Part shown: positions 1 through 10,091 of the stretch, piece by piece
How positions within the stretch are numbered: position 1 is the first letter of the stretch
Layout of the letters: the number at the start of each line of letters is the position of its first letter
Assembly: GCA_964291625.2 (NCBI GenBank)
Contig: OZ220090.1
Span: 896,001-960,000, forward strand
Direction of reading: 5' to 3'
Length of the DNA stretch: 64,000 bases
Origin: Candidatus Latescibacterota bacterium
GTDB taxonomy: Bacteria > Latescibacterota > UBA2968 > UBA8231
Program-made: the position numbers and the translations under genes
Notes under the pieces: model-generated
What the model saw: the letters and a program-made list of their open reading frames with translations, nothing else
The model's database searches: none
What the model was told of the DNA's origin: nothing

Positions 1-978
1 CACCTGCACCGAGGAGACCAGGTCGTCCACCTGCCCCCGGCGGGGGCTCACGCCGCGGGGCGGCTTCAGGAGGAAGGGCACGCGGTAGAGCTCGTCGTAC
101 GGCAGGGTCCCCTTCAGGCGCATGCCGTGGCCGGCCATCATGTCGCCGTGGTCGCTGACCACCGCCACGAGGGTGTCCTCCCACAGGCCGAGGCGGCGGA
201 ACTCGCCGGCGACCTCGGCGAACTGGGCGTCGGTCCGGGCGATCATCGAGTAGTACCGGGCCAGCATGTCCCGCGCCTCGGCCTCGGAGCCGGCCCCGTG
301 GGACCCGTCGGCCGCGTGGGCGGCCTGGAAGGCGGGCTTGTTCTCGAAGCTCTCCCCGTGGTAGCTGGCCGGCAGTTCCATCGAGTCGGCGTCGAAGCGG
401 CCGCGGAAGGCGGGCTCGTGGAAGAAGGGCGGGTGCGGGAGGTTGGTCGAGAAGGTGAGGAACAGGGGCCGGCCGTCGGGCTCGTACTCGCGCAGCCAGG
501 CCACCGTGTCCCGTGCGGCCACGTAGTCCCGGCGCAACCCCCGGGGCACGTCGGCGAGGCCGACCCGCTCCGCCTCGCCGTCGTCGACCCGGACCTCGTC
601 GTGGTCGATCCCCTCGTCATACCCCAGGTCGGGCAGGGGCACGCCGAAGTGGCACTTGCCGAACCAGGCGGTGCGGTAGCCGGCCTCCCGGAAGACCCGC
701 CCCAGGGTCGGGAACCGGGTCGGGGAGAGCCGGTTCTGGTGGCCGTGGAACCCGTAGTTGACGACCACGCCGCACTCGTGGGGGTAGCGGCCGGTGACGA
801 GAGAAGCCCGGGACGGCACGCACTGGCCGTGGGCGCTGATCATGTGGGTGAAGCGGACCCCCTCGCCGGCCAGGGAGTCGAGGAAGGGGGTGTGGGCCGC
901 CGGGTCGCCGGCGCAGCCCATGGGCGCCGCCTGCATCTGGTCGCAGATGAGGAGGAGGACGTTCGGGCGGCCGCTCAC
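1..978 (-). CDS. Sulfatase family protein (3' end runs off the window)
   Basis: Manual translation from GTG 978: SGRPNVLLLICDQMQ...HTPFLDSLAGEGVRF...QCVPSRASLVTGRYPH (CxPxR formylglycine motif)...GYRTAWFGKCH. Not in the ORF track because it is open to the window edge. Confidence 0.9.
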   Translation of the reverse strand, partial: MSGRPNVLLLICDQMQAAPMGCAGDPAAHTPFLDSLAGEGVRFTHMISAHGQCVPSRASLVTGRYPHECGVVVNYGFHGHQNRLSPTRFPTLGRVFREAGYRTAWFGKCHFGVPLPDLGYDEGIDHDEVRVDDGEAERVGLADVPRGLRRDYVAARDTVAWLREYEPDGRPLFLTFSTNLPHPPFFHEPAFRGRFDADSMELPASYHGESFENKPAFQAAHAADGSHGAGSEAEARDMLARYYSMIARTDAQFAEVAGEFRRLGLWEDTLVAVVSDHGDMMAGHGMRLKGTLPYDELYRVPFLLKPPRGVSPRRGQVDDLVSSVQV

Positions 979-979
979 C

Positions 980-1897
980 TCAGACCCGCAGCCGCTCGAG
1001 CTCGTCCTCGGAGAGCTCGTCGTCGCCGGCGGCGGCGTTCATGGCGGCCTGCTCCGGCGACCTGGCGCCCGGGATGGCCACGGGGTTCACGGGGTGGGAG
1101 ATGACGTAGCCCAGGGCCGTGGAGACCATGTCCTGCGGCTCCACCCGCTCCCGCAGGCGGTCGACCTGCCGCAGCTGCTCCAGGTACTGCTCGCGGCCGG
1201 CGCCCCCCTCGTTGTACCCGGAGCGGATGTCGTCGGTGAAGACGCTCTCGGGGGTGTAGCGCCCCGACAGCAGGCCCTTGGCCAGGGGCCCCCGCACCAT
1301 GACCGCGATCTGCTGGGCCCGGCAGTAGGGCAGGAACTCCGCCTCGCAGCGGCGCTGGATGATCGACCAGTCGACCTGCACCACCTTGCAGCCGCCGTCG
1401 TGGTTGAAGCGCCGGAGCGCCTCCAGGCTGTTGGTGGAGATACCGTAGCAGCGCAGGCGGCCCTCCTCCTGGAGGGCGCGGAAGCCCTCGAGATAGACCG
1501 ACGGGTCCTCGATATCACCCTCGTGGCAGAGGAGGACGTCGTGGTAGTCGGTGCGCAGCCGGTGGAGGGAGGCGTGGGCACAGAGGCGGATCATGTCGGC
1601 CGAGGTCTTGGGCACCTCCTGACCGGTGCGCTTGCCCCAGTTGCCGATCTTGCTGACCACGTGGACCCGGTGGCGGATGCCGGCCAGGGCCCGTCCCAGC
1701 CGCTCCTCGGAGAGGCCGTTGGGGAGGCCGTAGGACTCGGCCGCGTCGAAGAGGTTCATGCCGTGGTCGAAGGCGGCGCGCACCGTGGCGAAGGCGGTGG
1801 GCTCGTCCACCGGCCCCCACTGATTGCCGATGTTCCAGGTCCCGAGGCCGATGGCCGAGACCTTCCATCCCGTGCGTCCGAAGTCCCGGTACAGCAT
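980..1897 (-). CDS. Aldo/keto reductase
   Basis: GRTGWKVSAIGLGTW, FDAAESYG, SEERLGRAL, SLHRLRTDYHD, GPLAKGLLSG, AIPGARS motifs. Confidence 0.92.
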   Translation of the reverse strand: MLYRDFGRTGWKVSAIGLGTWNIGNQWGPVDEPTAFATVRAAFDHGMNLFDAAESYGLPNGLSEERLGRALAGIRHRVHVVSKIGNWGKRTGQEVPKTSADMIRLCAHASLHRLRTDYHDVLLCHEGDIEDPSVYLEGFRALQEEGRLRCYGISTNSLEALRRFNHDGGCKVVQVDWSIIQRRCEAEFLPYCRAQQIAVMVRGPLAKGLLSGRYTPESVFTDDIRSGYNEGGAGREQYLEQLRQVDRLRERVEPQDMVSTALGYVISHPVNPVAIPGARSPEQAAMNAAAGDDELSEDELERLRV

Positions 1898-2034
1898 CAG
1901 AGCCTCTCCCCCGAGGTATATTCCCTGGTCATGGAAGCGCGATCCGAAGGCCGCGTCACCCGCCCCCGGGGCGCCGTGGCCGGCTCGAATCTAACGCCGC
2001 CCCCGGGCGGGCACCACGACGGCGGCGGCGCCCC

Positions 2035-3093
2035 GTGAAGGTCGCCCTCCTGCTCTCGGGCGGCGTCGACAGCTCCGTCGCCCTGCGCCTGCTCCAGGAG
2101 TCGGGGGAGCACGAGATCACCGCCTTCTACCTGAAGGTCTGGCTCGAGGACGAGGTCCACACCTTCGGCGGCGGCTGCCCCTGGGAGGAGGACCTGCGCT
2201 ACGTGCGCGCCACCTGCGAGGCCGCCGGCGTGCCCCTGCGGATCGTGCCCCTCCAGGCGGAGTACCGCGAGCGCGTCGTCGAGCAGGTCCTGGCCGAGCT
2301 GCGCCGCGGCGGCACCCCGAGTCCGGACATCCTCTGCAACCGGCGGGTCAAGTTCGGCGCCTTTCTGGACCACCTGGGCGGCGGCGGCGGGCGGGTCGCC
2401 TCCGGTCACTACGCCCGCGTCGAGCGGGGGCCCGAGGGCCGCTGCCGCCTCCTGCGCGGGGCCGACCCGGTCAAGGACCAGACCTACTTCCTCTCCCACG
2501 TCACCCAGGACCAGCTCTCGCGCCTGCTCTTCCCGGTGGGCCACCTGGCCAAGAGCGAGGTCCGCCGCCTGGCCCGCGACTTCGGCCTGCCGGCGCGCCG
2601 GCGCCCGGACAGCCAGGGGATCTGCTTCCTGGGCAAGATCGACTACCGGGAGTTCGTCGAATTCCACCTCGGACGGCGGCCGGGGGCGATCGTCGACGTT
2701 GACACGGGGCGCCGCCTCGGCGAGCACCAGGGGTACTGGTTCTACACCATCGGCCAGCGCTTCGGCCTCGGCCTGGGCGGCGGCCCCTGGTACGTGGTGG
2801 GCAAGGAGATCGAGGAGAACGTGATCCGCGTCGTCCACGGCGACCGCCGGCGGCAGCGCAGCCGCCGCGTCCTCGAGGTGGCCGGGGCCAACTGGATCGA
2901 CGGGCCTCCGTCCGCGGAGAGACTGCAGGTCCGGCTCCGCCACGGCCCCGGCAGCCCCGGCTGCCTCCTGGAGCCGCTCGGCCCCGGCCGCTGGCGCCTC
3001 ACCCTCGACGAGGCCGACCCGGGTGTGGCCCCCGGCCAGCACGCCGTCCTCTACGACGGCGAGGTCTGCCTCGGCGGCGCCGTCATCTGCTGA
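2035..3093 (+). CDS. mnmA: tRNA-specific 2-thiouridylase
   Basis: SGGVDSSVA PP-loop, TPSPDILCNRRVKFG, SGHYAR, DPVKDQTYFL, DSQGICFLG, YTIGQR, PGQHAVLY. Confidence 0.96.
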   Translation: MKVALLLSGGVDSSVALRLLQESGEHEITAFYLKVWLEDEVHTFGGGCPWEEDLRYVRATCEAAGVPLRIVPLQAEYRERVVEQVLAELRRGGTPSPDILCNRRVKFGAFLDHLGGGGGRVASGHYARVERGPEGRCRLLRGADPVKDQTYFLSHVTQDQLSRLLFPVGHLAKSEVRRLARDFGLPARRRPDSQGICFLGKIDYREFVEFHLGRRPGAIVDVDTGRRLGEHQGYWFYTIGQRFGLGLGGGPWYVVGKEIEENVIRVVHGDRRRQRSRRVLEVAGANWIDGPPSAERLQVRLRHGPGSPGCLLEPLGPGRWRLTLDEADPGVAPGQHAVLYDGEVCLGGAVIC

Positions 3094-3095
3094 CC

Positions 3096-3875
3096 ATGGC
3101 GGCCTCGGAGGGGACCGGCCCCGAGCGGCTGGCGGCGCTCCTGCGCCCGGCGTCGCGGATCTTCCTGTTCACCGGGGCCGGCATCTCCACGGGCAGCGGC
3201 ATCCCCGACTTCCGCGGACCCCGGGGGGTGTGGAGGACCCGGCGCCCCGTGTACTACCAGGACTTCCTGCGCTCCGAGGAGGCCCGCGTCGAGCACTGGG
3301 ACTTCAAGCTCGAGGGCTGGGCGGTCTTCCGCGACGCCGAGCCGACCCCCGCCCACGAGGCGGTCGCCTCCCTGGAGCGGGCCGGCAAGGTCGGCCTCGT
3401 GGTCACCCAGAACGTGGACGGCCTCCACGCCCGGGCCGGCACCTCCCGGGAGCGCCTCGTGGAGATCCACGGCACCAACACCGAGGTCGAGTGCCTCACC
3501 TGCGGGGCCCGCTCCGACCCGGAGCCGCACCTCGAGGCCTTCCGGAGCACCCGGGTGCCGCCCCGCTGTGCCTGCGGCGGCCTGCTGAAGTCGGCCACCA
3601 TCAGCTTCGGCCAGGACCTGGTCGCCGCCGATCTCGAGCGCGCCGGCGCCGGCGCCCGCAGCGCGGACCTGGCCGTCTCCCTCGGCTCGACCCTGTCCGT
3701 GTACCCCGCCGCCTCCCTGCCCCTGGCGGCGGCTGCCGGCGGGGCTCCCTACGCCGTCGTCAACCGCGGCGGGACCGAGCACGACGGCCGTCCCGAGGTC
3801 ACCCTGCGCCTGGAAGGCGACGTGCAGGAGCTGTTCCCGCCGGCGGTGGAGGCGGCCCTCGCCGTCGGCGGCTGA
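3096..3875 (+). CDS. cobB: Sir2-family NAD-dependent protein deacylase
   Basis: TGAGISTGSGIPDFRG, TQNVDGLH, EIHG, CxxC...CxCGG zinc site, GSTLSVYPAA. Confidence 0.92.
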   Translation: MAASEGTGPERLAALLRPASRIFLFTGAGISTGSGIPDFRGPRGVWRTRRPVYYQDFLRSEEARVEHWDFKLEGWAVFRDAEPTPAHEAVASLERAGKVGLVVTQNVDGLHARAGTSRERLVEIHGTNTEVECLTCGARSDPEPHLEAFRSTRVPPRCACGGLLKSATISFGQDLVAADLERAGAGARSADLAVSLGSTLSVYPAASLPLAAAAGGAPYAVVNRGGTEHDGRPEVTLRLEGDVQELFPPAVEAALAVGG

Positions 3876-3896
3876 TCCGGGGACGCGGTCCGGCCA

Positions 3897-4250
3897 CCCC
3901 GGGCCCGGTCTCTCCGCGGGGAGCGGGTCACGCAGATTGGCGGGCCTCCGGGGGGGCACTTGGCCCCGGGGCCATGGGGCACCGTCCGGCATCCCGGATC
4001 CCGGGGCCATGGAGGCTTCCTCGCTCCCCGTTCCCTGTCTGGTTTCCGCCAGGTTCCCCGGCGCCCACCTCGCGCCCGTCTCCGGCCACCTCCGCCGATT
4101 CTCTGGCACCTCCCCGGCGCCCAACTGGCGCGCCTCCCGTGTCCTGTCTCCCGACGCCTCCCTGGCGGAAGCTTCCCGACACCACCAGGCATCCCCGGGC
4201 CGCGGTCTCTCCGCCGGCAGCGGGTCCCGCAGATTGCCGGCCCCTGGGGG
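3897..4250. repeat. Imperfect ~58-bp direct repeat (3897-3956 and 4193-4250) enclosing shorter internal repeats
   Basis: ccccgggcccggtctctccgcggggagcgggtcacgcagattggcgggcctccggggg versus ccccgggccgcggtctctccgccggcagcgggtcccgcagattgccggcccctggggg. Inside, cccggggccatgg occurs twice and ccccggcgccca occurs twice. Confidence 0.65.
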
Positions 4251-4332
4251 CCCTGGATGGAGCCAAGCCAACCCGAGCCTTGTCCTCCGGCCTCCCGGGA
4301 CGGGCGACCGGCGCCGCCCTATCTTCCCCGCC

Positions 4333-5082
4333 ATGGAACAGTCAGAGACCCAGGAGACCCCCTACCGCGCCCTCACGGCGACACAGGTCGAGAGCTTCCG
4401 GCGGCAGGGGTTCGTGATCCCCGGCCTCCAGCTGGAGGCCGAGGAGGTGGAGTCCCTCGGCCGCGAGTACGACCGCGTCTTCGCCGAGGCCCGCGAGTCC
4501 GAGCGCTTCCGCAATCTCTCCGGCGAGGACGCCGGCGACGAGATGCTGCAGATCACCCAGGTCTGCGAGCGCAGCCTCGACTTCCGCCGCCTCCTGTACC
4601 ACCCGCGGATCCTCGACGTGGCGGAGGACCTGATCGGCCCCAACATCCAGCTCTTCCACGACCAGGCCCTCTACAAGCCGGCCCACCACGGCGGGCCCAT
4701 CCACTGGCACCAGGACAACGCCTACTGGCAGTGCCTGCCCGCGGACCTGGTGAGCTGCTGGCTCACCTTCGACGACGTGGACGCCGACAACGGCGCCATG
4801 CACGTGATCCCGGGCTCGCACATGGCGCCGGTCGAGCACCAGCGCGGAGACGTGCTCCTCGACGCCGGCGGCGACGACGCCGACTCCGCCTTCGTCGCCG
4901 AGCTGCCGGCGGGGGGGATCATGTTCCACCACTGCCAGACCCTGCACCACACCCGGCCGAACCGCACCGGCCGCCGGCGACGCGCCTTCGCCATCCACTA
5001 CATGCGGCCGGGGACCCGTTCCGCCCACGCGGGAGAGATGCCGATCAGCTTCTCCCGGCCGCTGTTACGCTGCCGGATCTGA
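4333..5082 (+). CDS. Phytanoyl-CoA dioxygenase (PhyH) family protein
   Basis: QVESFRRQGF, WHQDNAYW (HxD), NGAMHVIPGSH, FHHCQTLHHT, RRRAFAIHY. Start moved to ATG 4333. Confidence 0.9.
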   Translation: MEQSETQETPYRALTATQVESFRRQGFVIPGLQLEAEEVESLGREYDRVFAEARESERFRNLSGEDAGDEMLQITQVCERSLDFRRLLYHPRILDVAEDLIGPNIQLFHDQALYKPAHHGGPIHWHQDNAYWQCLPADLVSCWLTFDDVDADNGAMHVIPGSHMAPVEHQRGDVLLDAGGDDADSAFVAELPAGGIMFHHCQTLHHTRPNRTGRRRRAFAIHYMRPGTRSAHAGEMPISFSRPLLRCRI

Positions 5083-5148
5083 TTCTTTCTGTGAAGTCGC
5101 ACGGCGCCGCCCCCGCCCTCCGTTACGCTGCTGGATCCAACCCTTGAC

Positions 5149-6603
5149 ATGAGATTCCGCGGCGCCCCTCCCGGACCCGCTCTCGAGGACCTGCGGGAGA
5201 TCCTCGGGGACCGCCTGAGCACCTCCGCCGCCGACCGCGGGGCCCGCGCCCGGGACGCCTCCCACCACCGCCCGGAGGCGCCCGACGCCGTCGCCTTCCC
5301 TACCTCCACCGAAGAGGTCGCCCGCGTCCTGGCCGTCTGCCACGCCCACCGCTTCCCCGTCATCCCCCACGGGGCCGGCACCGCCGTCGAAGGCGGGATC
5401 GTCGCCGTCCACGGCGGCCTCTGCCTGGACCTGCGGCGCATGGACCGCATCGTCGAGGTCAACGGCGCCGACATGGACGCCCGCGTCGAGGCCGGCGTGC
5501 GCCGCAAGCAGCTCAACCGCCACCTCGAGGAGACCGGCACCGGGCTGCACTTCCCCGTCGATCCCGGGGCCGACGCCACCCTGGGCGGGATGGCCGCCAC
5601 CCGCGCCTCCGGCACCGAGGCCGTGGGCTACGGCACCATGCGCGAGAACGTCCTCGGCCTGACAGCGGTCCTCGCCGACGGCCGCGTGGTGCGCACCGGC
5701 ACGCGGGCCCGCAAGTCCTCCGCCGGGTACGATCTGACCCGCCTCCTCGTCGGCTCCGAGGGCACCCTCGCCGTGATCACCGAGGTCGGTCTGCGCCTGG
5801 CGCCGGTGCCGCCGGCCACGGCGGCCGCCGTCTGCCCCTTCCCCACGGTGGCGGCGGCCGTGGACTGCGCCCTCGAGCTGCTGCCGGGTCCGGCGCCGGC
5901 CCGCTGCGAGCTGCTCGACGAGGTGCAGATGGAGGCCACCCGCCGCTACGCCGGGCTCGACCACGAGCCGCTGCCGACCCTGTTCCTGGAGTTCCACGGC
6001 ACCGCCGGGCGGGTCGAGGAGGCCGCCCGGGCCGCGGACGGGATCGCCTCCCGCTTCGGCGGCGGGCCCTTCCGCTGGGCCACCGAGCGGGCCGAGCGCG
6101 AGCGCCTCTGGCAGGCGCGGCACGACGGCTATTACGCCAGCCTGGCCCTGCGCCCGGGCTCGGTGGGCTACGTCACCGACGTCTGCGTGCCGGTGTCGAG
6201 CCTGGCCGAGTGCATCGAGCGCACCCGGCGCGAGATCGACGCCTGCGGCCTGACGGCGCCCCTCTACGGCCACGTGGGGGACGGCAACTTCCACGTGGTG
6301 GTCCTCATCGACCCGGACGATCCCGGGGAGCTGGCCGTGGCCCGCGGCCTCGGCGAACGGATCGTCGATCACGCCCTCGACCTGGGCGGCACCTGCAGCG
6401 GCGAGCACGGCATCGGCCTCGGCAAGGTCGACGCCCTGGAGCGCGAGTGCGGCGAGGCCGTGGAGGTCATGGCCGCCATCAAGTCGGCCCTCGACCCGGC
6501 GGGCATCCTCAACCCCGGCAAGGTGCTGCGGCCCCGGGGGGATTGTGCTATCGTAGGCCGCCCCGAACCGCCCCCGAACCCCATTCAGGCCACGAATCCA
6601 TGA
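5149..6603 (+). CDS. FAD-linked oxidase (D-lactate dehydrogenase/GlcD-like)
   Basis: PDAVAFP, VDPGADATLGGMAAT, GYDLTRLLVGSEGTL, GHVGDGNFH, SGEHGIGLGK, DPAGILNPGK. Confidence 0.92.
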   Translation: MRFRGAPPGPALEDLREILGDRLSTSAADRGARARDASHHRPEAPDAVAFPTSTEEVARVLAVCHAHRFPVIPHGAGTAVEGGIVAVHGGLCLDLRRMDRIVEVNGADMDARVEAGVRRKQLNRHLEETGTGLHFPVDPGADATLGGMAATRASGTEAVGYGTMRENVLGLTAVLADGRVVRTGTRARKSSAGYDLTRLLVGSEGTLAVITEVGLRLAPVPPATAAAVCPFPTVAAAVDCALELLPGPAPARCELLDEVQMEATRRYAGLDHEPLPTLFLEFHGTAGRVEEAARAADGIASRFGGGPFRWATERAERERLWQARHDGYYASLALRPGSVGYVTDVCVPVSSLAECIERTRREIDACGLTAPLYGHVGDGNFHVVVLIDPDDPGELAVARGLGERIVDHALDLGGTCSGEHGIGLGKVDALERECGEAVEVMAAIKSALDPAGILNPGKVLRPRGDCAIVGRPEPPPNPIQATNP

Positions 6604-7817
6604 AGATCACCGACGTCGAGACGATCCTCATCAACCCGAAGCTGGCGGCGCGCAACGCCGGCCAGAAACCCCGCTTCACCGGCATCGACACGCAGACGAT
6701 CTACAAGGTCGTCCTCGATAACGGCGTCGTCGGCTGGGGCGACACGCGCGGCCACGCCCCCATCTCCGACGACGGCAGGGCGGCCCTGGTGGGGACGAAC
6801 CCGGTCCTGCACCTCTCCGCCGACCATCCCACCGGGCTTCACGGCGCCCTCTACGACGCCGTCGGCAAGAGCCTGGAGGTGCCCGCCTGGGCGCTGATGG
6901 GCCGCAAGCACCGGGACCGGGTCCCCGTCGCCGCCTGGACCCGCCCCGCCTCCCCCGAGGACCTGGCCGCCGAGGTGCAGCGCTCGGTGGACGAGGGCTA
7001 CATGTACTTCAAGATCCACACCTGCGACTACTACTGCGTCATCGAGCAGACCCGGGCCGTGGAGGACGTGGCGCCCGCCGGCTTCAAGATGCACTACGAC
7101 TTCAACCACAACCGCACCTCGACGTCGGTGATGCGCCTCGTCGACGAGATCGAGAAGTCGTGGGTCGTGGGGGTGCTGGAGGACCCCCTCGTCTGGCGCG
7201 ACGTCGACGGCTGGCGGCGGCTCCGGGAGAAGACCTCCCTGCCCCTGCTCATGCACGTGCCCGCCCTCGGCGCCGGCCCCGAGATCATCAACGGCTGCGC
7301 CGACCTCTACATGGTCGGCGAGCACGGCATCCCCCTCTCCATCCGCCGAGGCTACGCCTGCGCCGAGGCCAACGTCTCCACCGTCATCCAGCTCACCGGG
7401 GGCACCCTGAGCAAGGCGATGGGCCTGCACCTGGCGGCGGTCCTGCCCAACGTGAGCCACATGACCAACCTCGACGACCAGTACGACGAGGACGTCACCG
7501 GGGGCCGCATCGAGGTCGCCGAGGGCAGCTCCCCGATCCCCGACGGACCCGGCCTCGGCGTCGAGGTGGACGAGTCCGAGCTCGAGCGCATCCGCCGGAA
7601 CCCGAAGACCGTGATCCCGCAGCACATCTGCGTCCTCCACATGCCGCGGGGCGGCCGCTACTACACGCGGGGCTACCCCGGCGTCGAGAGGATGACCGGC
7701 TTCCCCGAGGGCAACGTCCGCGGGATCCGCCTCGAGGTGTGGGAGGAAGACGGCTCCGAGGAGTGGCAGCGGAGGTGGGAGGGCCTGGCCGGCGGCTGGG
7801 TGCTGGAGCGGAGCTGA
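6600..7817 (+). CDS. Mandelate racemase/muconate lactonizing enzyme (enolase superfamily)
   Basis: MKITDVET, GVVGWG, ALYDAVGKSLEVPAWALMG, YFKIH, LEDP, PDGPGLGVEVDE. Confidence 0.85.
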   Translation: MKITDVETILINPKLAARNAGQKPRFTGIDTQTIYKVVLDNGVVGWGDTRGHAPISDDGRAALVGTNPVLHLSADHPTGLHGALYDAVGKSLEVPAWALMGRKHRDRVPVAAWTRPASPEDLAAEVQRSVDEGYMYFKIHTCDYYCVIEQTRAVEDVAPAGFKMHYDFNHNRTSTSVMRLVDEIEKSWVVGVLEDPLVWRDVDGWRRLREKTSLPLLMHVPALGAGPEIINGCADLYMVGEHGIPLSIRRGYACAEANVSTVIQLTGGTLSKAMGLHLAAVLPNVSHMTNLDDQYDEDVTGGRIEVAEGSSPIPDGPGLGVEVDESELERIRRNPKTVIPQHICVLHMPRGGRYYTRGYPGVERMTGFPEGNVRGIRLEVWEEDGSEEWQRRWEGLAGGWVLERS

Positions 7818-7837
7818 CGGGGCCCGCCCAGGACCTC

Positions 7838-8674
7838 GTGACGCACGGGCCCCGCTTCGAGCCGGAGGTCTTCCCGCCCGGGGGCGACCTCGGCCGTTGC
7901 CTGTTCTTCGCCTTCCGCGGCGACCGCCTCCTCTTCCGCCCGGAGCCGGCCGACGGCGACGGCCTGCTGCCGAGGGCGGCCTCCTTCGACGAGATCGGCG
8001 CCGCCGCCGGGGACCCCCACTACCTCGGCCGGCGCGGCGGCCTCCACAGCTTCGCGGTGGATCTCGGCGACGACGCCGAGCCGCCGGCGGGCATGGACCT
8101 GCAGGGCCTGCGCAGCCTCTACGGCGCCCTCGACGAGGAGACCTTCCGCCTCGCCGGGCGCGCCTTCCAGATCCTCGACTGGGACCGCACCCACCGGTTC
8201 TGCGGCCGCTGCGGCGCCGCCACCCGCCCCCACGAGCGTGACCGCGCCCGCCAGTGCCCGGACTGCGGCCTCCTCTGCTTCCCGCGGGTGGCGCCGGCGG
8301 TGATCACCCTGATCCACAAGGGCGACGAGTTCCTGCTGGCGCGCAACGCCCGCTTCCCCCGGGGCCGCTACTCGATCATCGCCGGCTTCGTCGAGCCCGG
8401 CGAGACCCTGGAGGAGGCCGTGGCCCGCGAGATCCGCGAGGAGGTGGGCCTCGAGGTCACGGAGATCGCCTACCAGTCGAGCCAGCCCTGGCCCTTCCCG
8501 CACTCGCTCATGGTGGGGTTCCGGGCGCGCTGGGCCGGCGGCGAGATCGCCGTCGACGACGACGAGATCGTCGACGCCGGCTGGTACAGCGCCCGCCGCC
8601 TGCCGCCGTCGCTGCCCGACCCGATCAGCATCTCCCGGCGCCTGATCGACGCCTTCCTCGCCGAGCATCCGTGA
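7838..8674 (+). CDS. nudC: NADH pyrophosphatase
   Basis: HRFCGRCG...CPDCG zinc ribbon, Nudix box AGFVEPGETLEEAVAREIREEVG, SQPWPFPHSLM. Confidence 0.94.
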   Translation: MTHGPRFEPEVFPPGGDLGRCLFFAFRGDRLLFRPEPADGDGLLPRAASFDEIGAAAGDPHYLGRRGGLHSFAVDLGDDAEPPAGMDLQGLRSLYGALDEETFRLAGRAFQILDWDRTHRFCGRCGAATRPHERDRARQCPDCGLLCFPRVAPAVITLIHKGDEFLLARNARFPRGRYSIIAGFVEPGETLEEAVAREIREEVGLEVTEIAYQSSQPWPFPHSLMVGFRARWAGGEIAVDDDEIVDAGWYSARRLPPSLPDPISISRRLIDAFLAEHP

Positions 8675-9327
8675 TGGCCGCGGCCCGGACGCTGACCAAG
8701 GCGGAGAAGGCGGCCGTCATCCTGGAAACCCTCGACGGCCTCTACCCGATGCCGCCGATCCCCCTCTCCCACCGCAGCCCCTACGAGCTGCTCATCGCCG
8801 TCCTGCTCTCGGCGCAGACCACGGACGTCAAGGTCAACGAGGTGACGCCCGTCCTCTTCGCCCGCGCCGACACGCCGGAGAAGATGGTGAAGCTCGAGGT
8901 GGAGGAGATCCTGGAGATCGTGCGCACCGTGGGGCTGGCCCCGGGCAAGTCGAAGAACATCCACCGCCTCTCCGAGCTGCTCCTGGAGCGCCACGGCGGG
9001 CGCGTGCCCGAGAGCCTGGAGGAGCTGGAGGCCCTGCCCGGCGTCGGCCACAAGACCGCCTCCGTCGTCGTCGCCCAGGCCTTCGGGAAGCCCGCCTTCC
9101 CCGTGGACACCCACATCCACCGCCTCGCCTGGCGCTGGGGGCTGTCGAGCGGCCGCAACGTGGAGCAGACCGAGAAGGACCTGAAGCGCGCCTTCCCCGA
9201 GGAGACCTGGAACCGCCTCCACCTGCAGATCATCTACTTCGGCCGCGAGCACTGCCCGGCCCGCGGCCACGACCTGGCCTCCTGCCCGCTGTGCAGCGTC
9301 GTGGGTCGGCGGAGCCTGCTCAAGTAG
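8674..9327 (+). CDS. nth: Endonuclease III
   Basis: LLIAVLLSAQTTDVKVN, HhH motif LPGVGHKTA, VDTHIHR, C-terminal Cys cluster. Confidence 0.94.
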   Translation: MAAARTLTKAEKAAVILETLDGLYPMPPIPLSHRSPYELLIAVLLSAQTTDVKVNEVTPVLFARADTPEKMVKLEVEEILEIVRTVGLAPGKSKNIHRLSELLLERHGGRVPESLEELEALPGVGHKTASVVVAQAFGKPAFPVDTHIHRLAWRWGLSSGRNVEQTEKDLKRAFPEETWNRLHLQIIYFGREHCPARGHDLASCPLCSVVGRRSLLK

Positions 9328-9392
9328 CCTGGGCGAGACTGCCCCGACCTGCCCGTCCGGCCCGGGGGGCGCCGGCATCGGCAGGAGCGGGC

Positions 9393-9421
9393 TTGCCCTT
9401 CAGGGAGTAGTGATTGACAAT
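9393..9421 (+). promoter_or_regulatory. Putative sigma70 promoter of the nucleotidyltransferase/HTH pair
   Basis: TTGCCC-17 bp-GACAAT just upstream of ATG 9432. Confidence 0.35.
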
Positions 9422-9431
9422 CCCTATCGAC

Positions 9432-10091
9432 ATGGAAACCCGGGGAATGGACGATGTCTTCGTGGCCGCGGCCCGGCTGCAGGAGCTGGTGCACGACGCC
9501 GTTCTGGTCGACGGTTCCGCGGGCGTTCACCACGCCGCTCACCGGATCTCGCTCGACGACGACCACGTCGTCCGGGACCTGCGCGATCGCTTCGACGATG
9601 TGCTGGCCGATCTCGAGGCCACCGAGGGCTGGATCACGGCGCGAGTGCAGCGGCCGGTGCTGATCCTCGGCCGTCTCGACGGTGTGGAAACGGGGATCCG
9701 GAACCTCATCCGCCAGCGGCCACTGGAGGTCGAAGAGGTGTCGGTCGGGGAACGCATCCTGCGGGTACCGACCCTGTCCGAGATCGCCCGCATCAAGGCG
9801 TGGCTCTGCCTGATGCGGAATGCCACCCGCGACTATCTCGACTTCGCCGCCCTCGCCGACCGACTTGGCGACCGGGAGGCGGTCGGCGTCATCGTGGGGA
9901 TGGACCGCTACTACGCCGATCAGCTCGGTCCCGGAGGCCGCCGTGTCGCCACCCAAGTCGCCAGGCAACTGGCCGAACCCCGTCCCGACGACCTGTCGGA
10001 ACACCGATGGCGCGACTGGCGGACCGTCGTCGACGCCTGCCGCCGGATCGCCGTCGGGGTCCTCGATCGGCTCGCGGAGGATTCGCGGTGA
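9432..10091 (+). CDS. AbiEii/MenT-like nucleotidyltransferase (putative toxin)
   Basis: AVLVDGSAGVHHAAHRISLDDDH resembles the GG[S/T]A...HRxSxDxD motif. VPTLSEIARIK...RNATRDYLD resembles the C-terminal K...RDxxD motif. Confidence 0.6.
   Translation: METRGMDDVFVAAARLQELVHDAVLVDGSAGVHHAAHRISLDDDHVVRDLRDRFDDVLADLEATEGWITARVQRPVLILGRLDGVETGIRNLIRQRPLEVEEVSVGERILRVPTLSEIARIKAWLCLMRNATRDYLDFAALADRLGDREAVGVIVGMDRYYADQLGPGGRRVATQVARQLAEPRPDDLSEHRWRDWRTVVDACRRIAVGVLDRLAEDSR

Noticed and set aside
127-2038. Long plus-strand ORFs here, and other antisense ORFs throughout the window
   Set aside because: Shadow frames of high-GC genes on the opposite strand, with no recognisable motifs.
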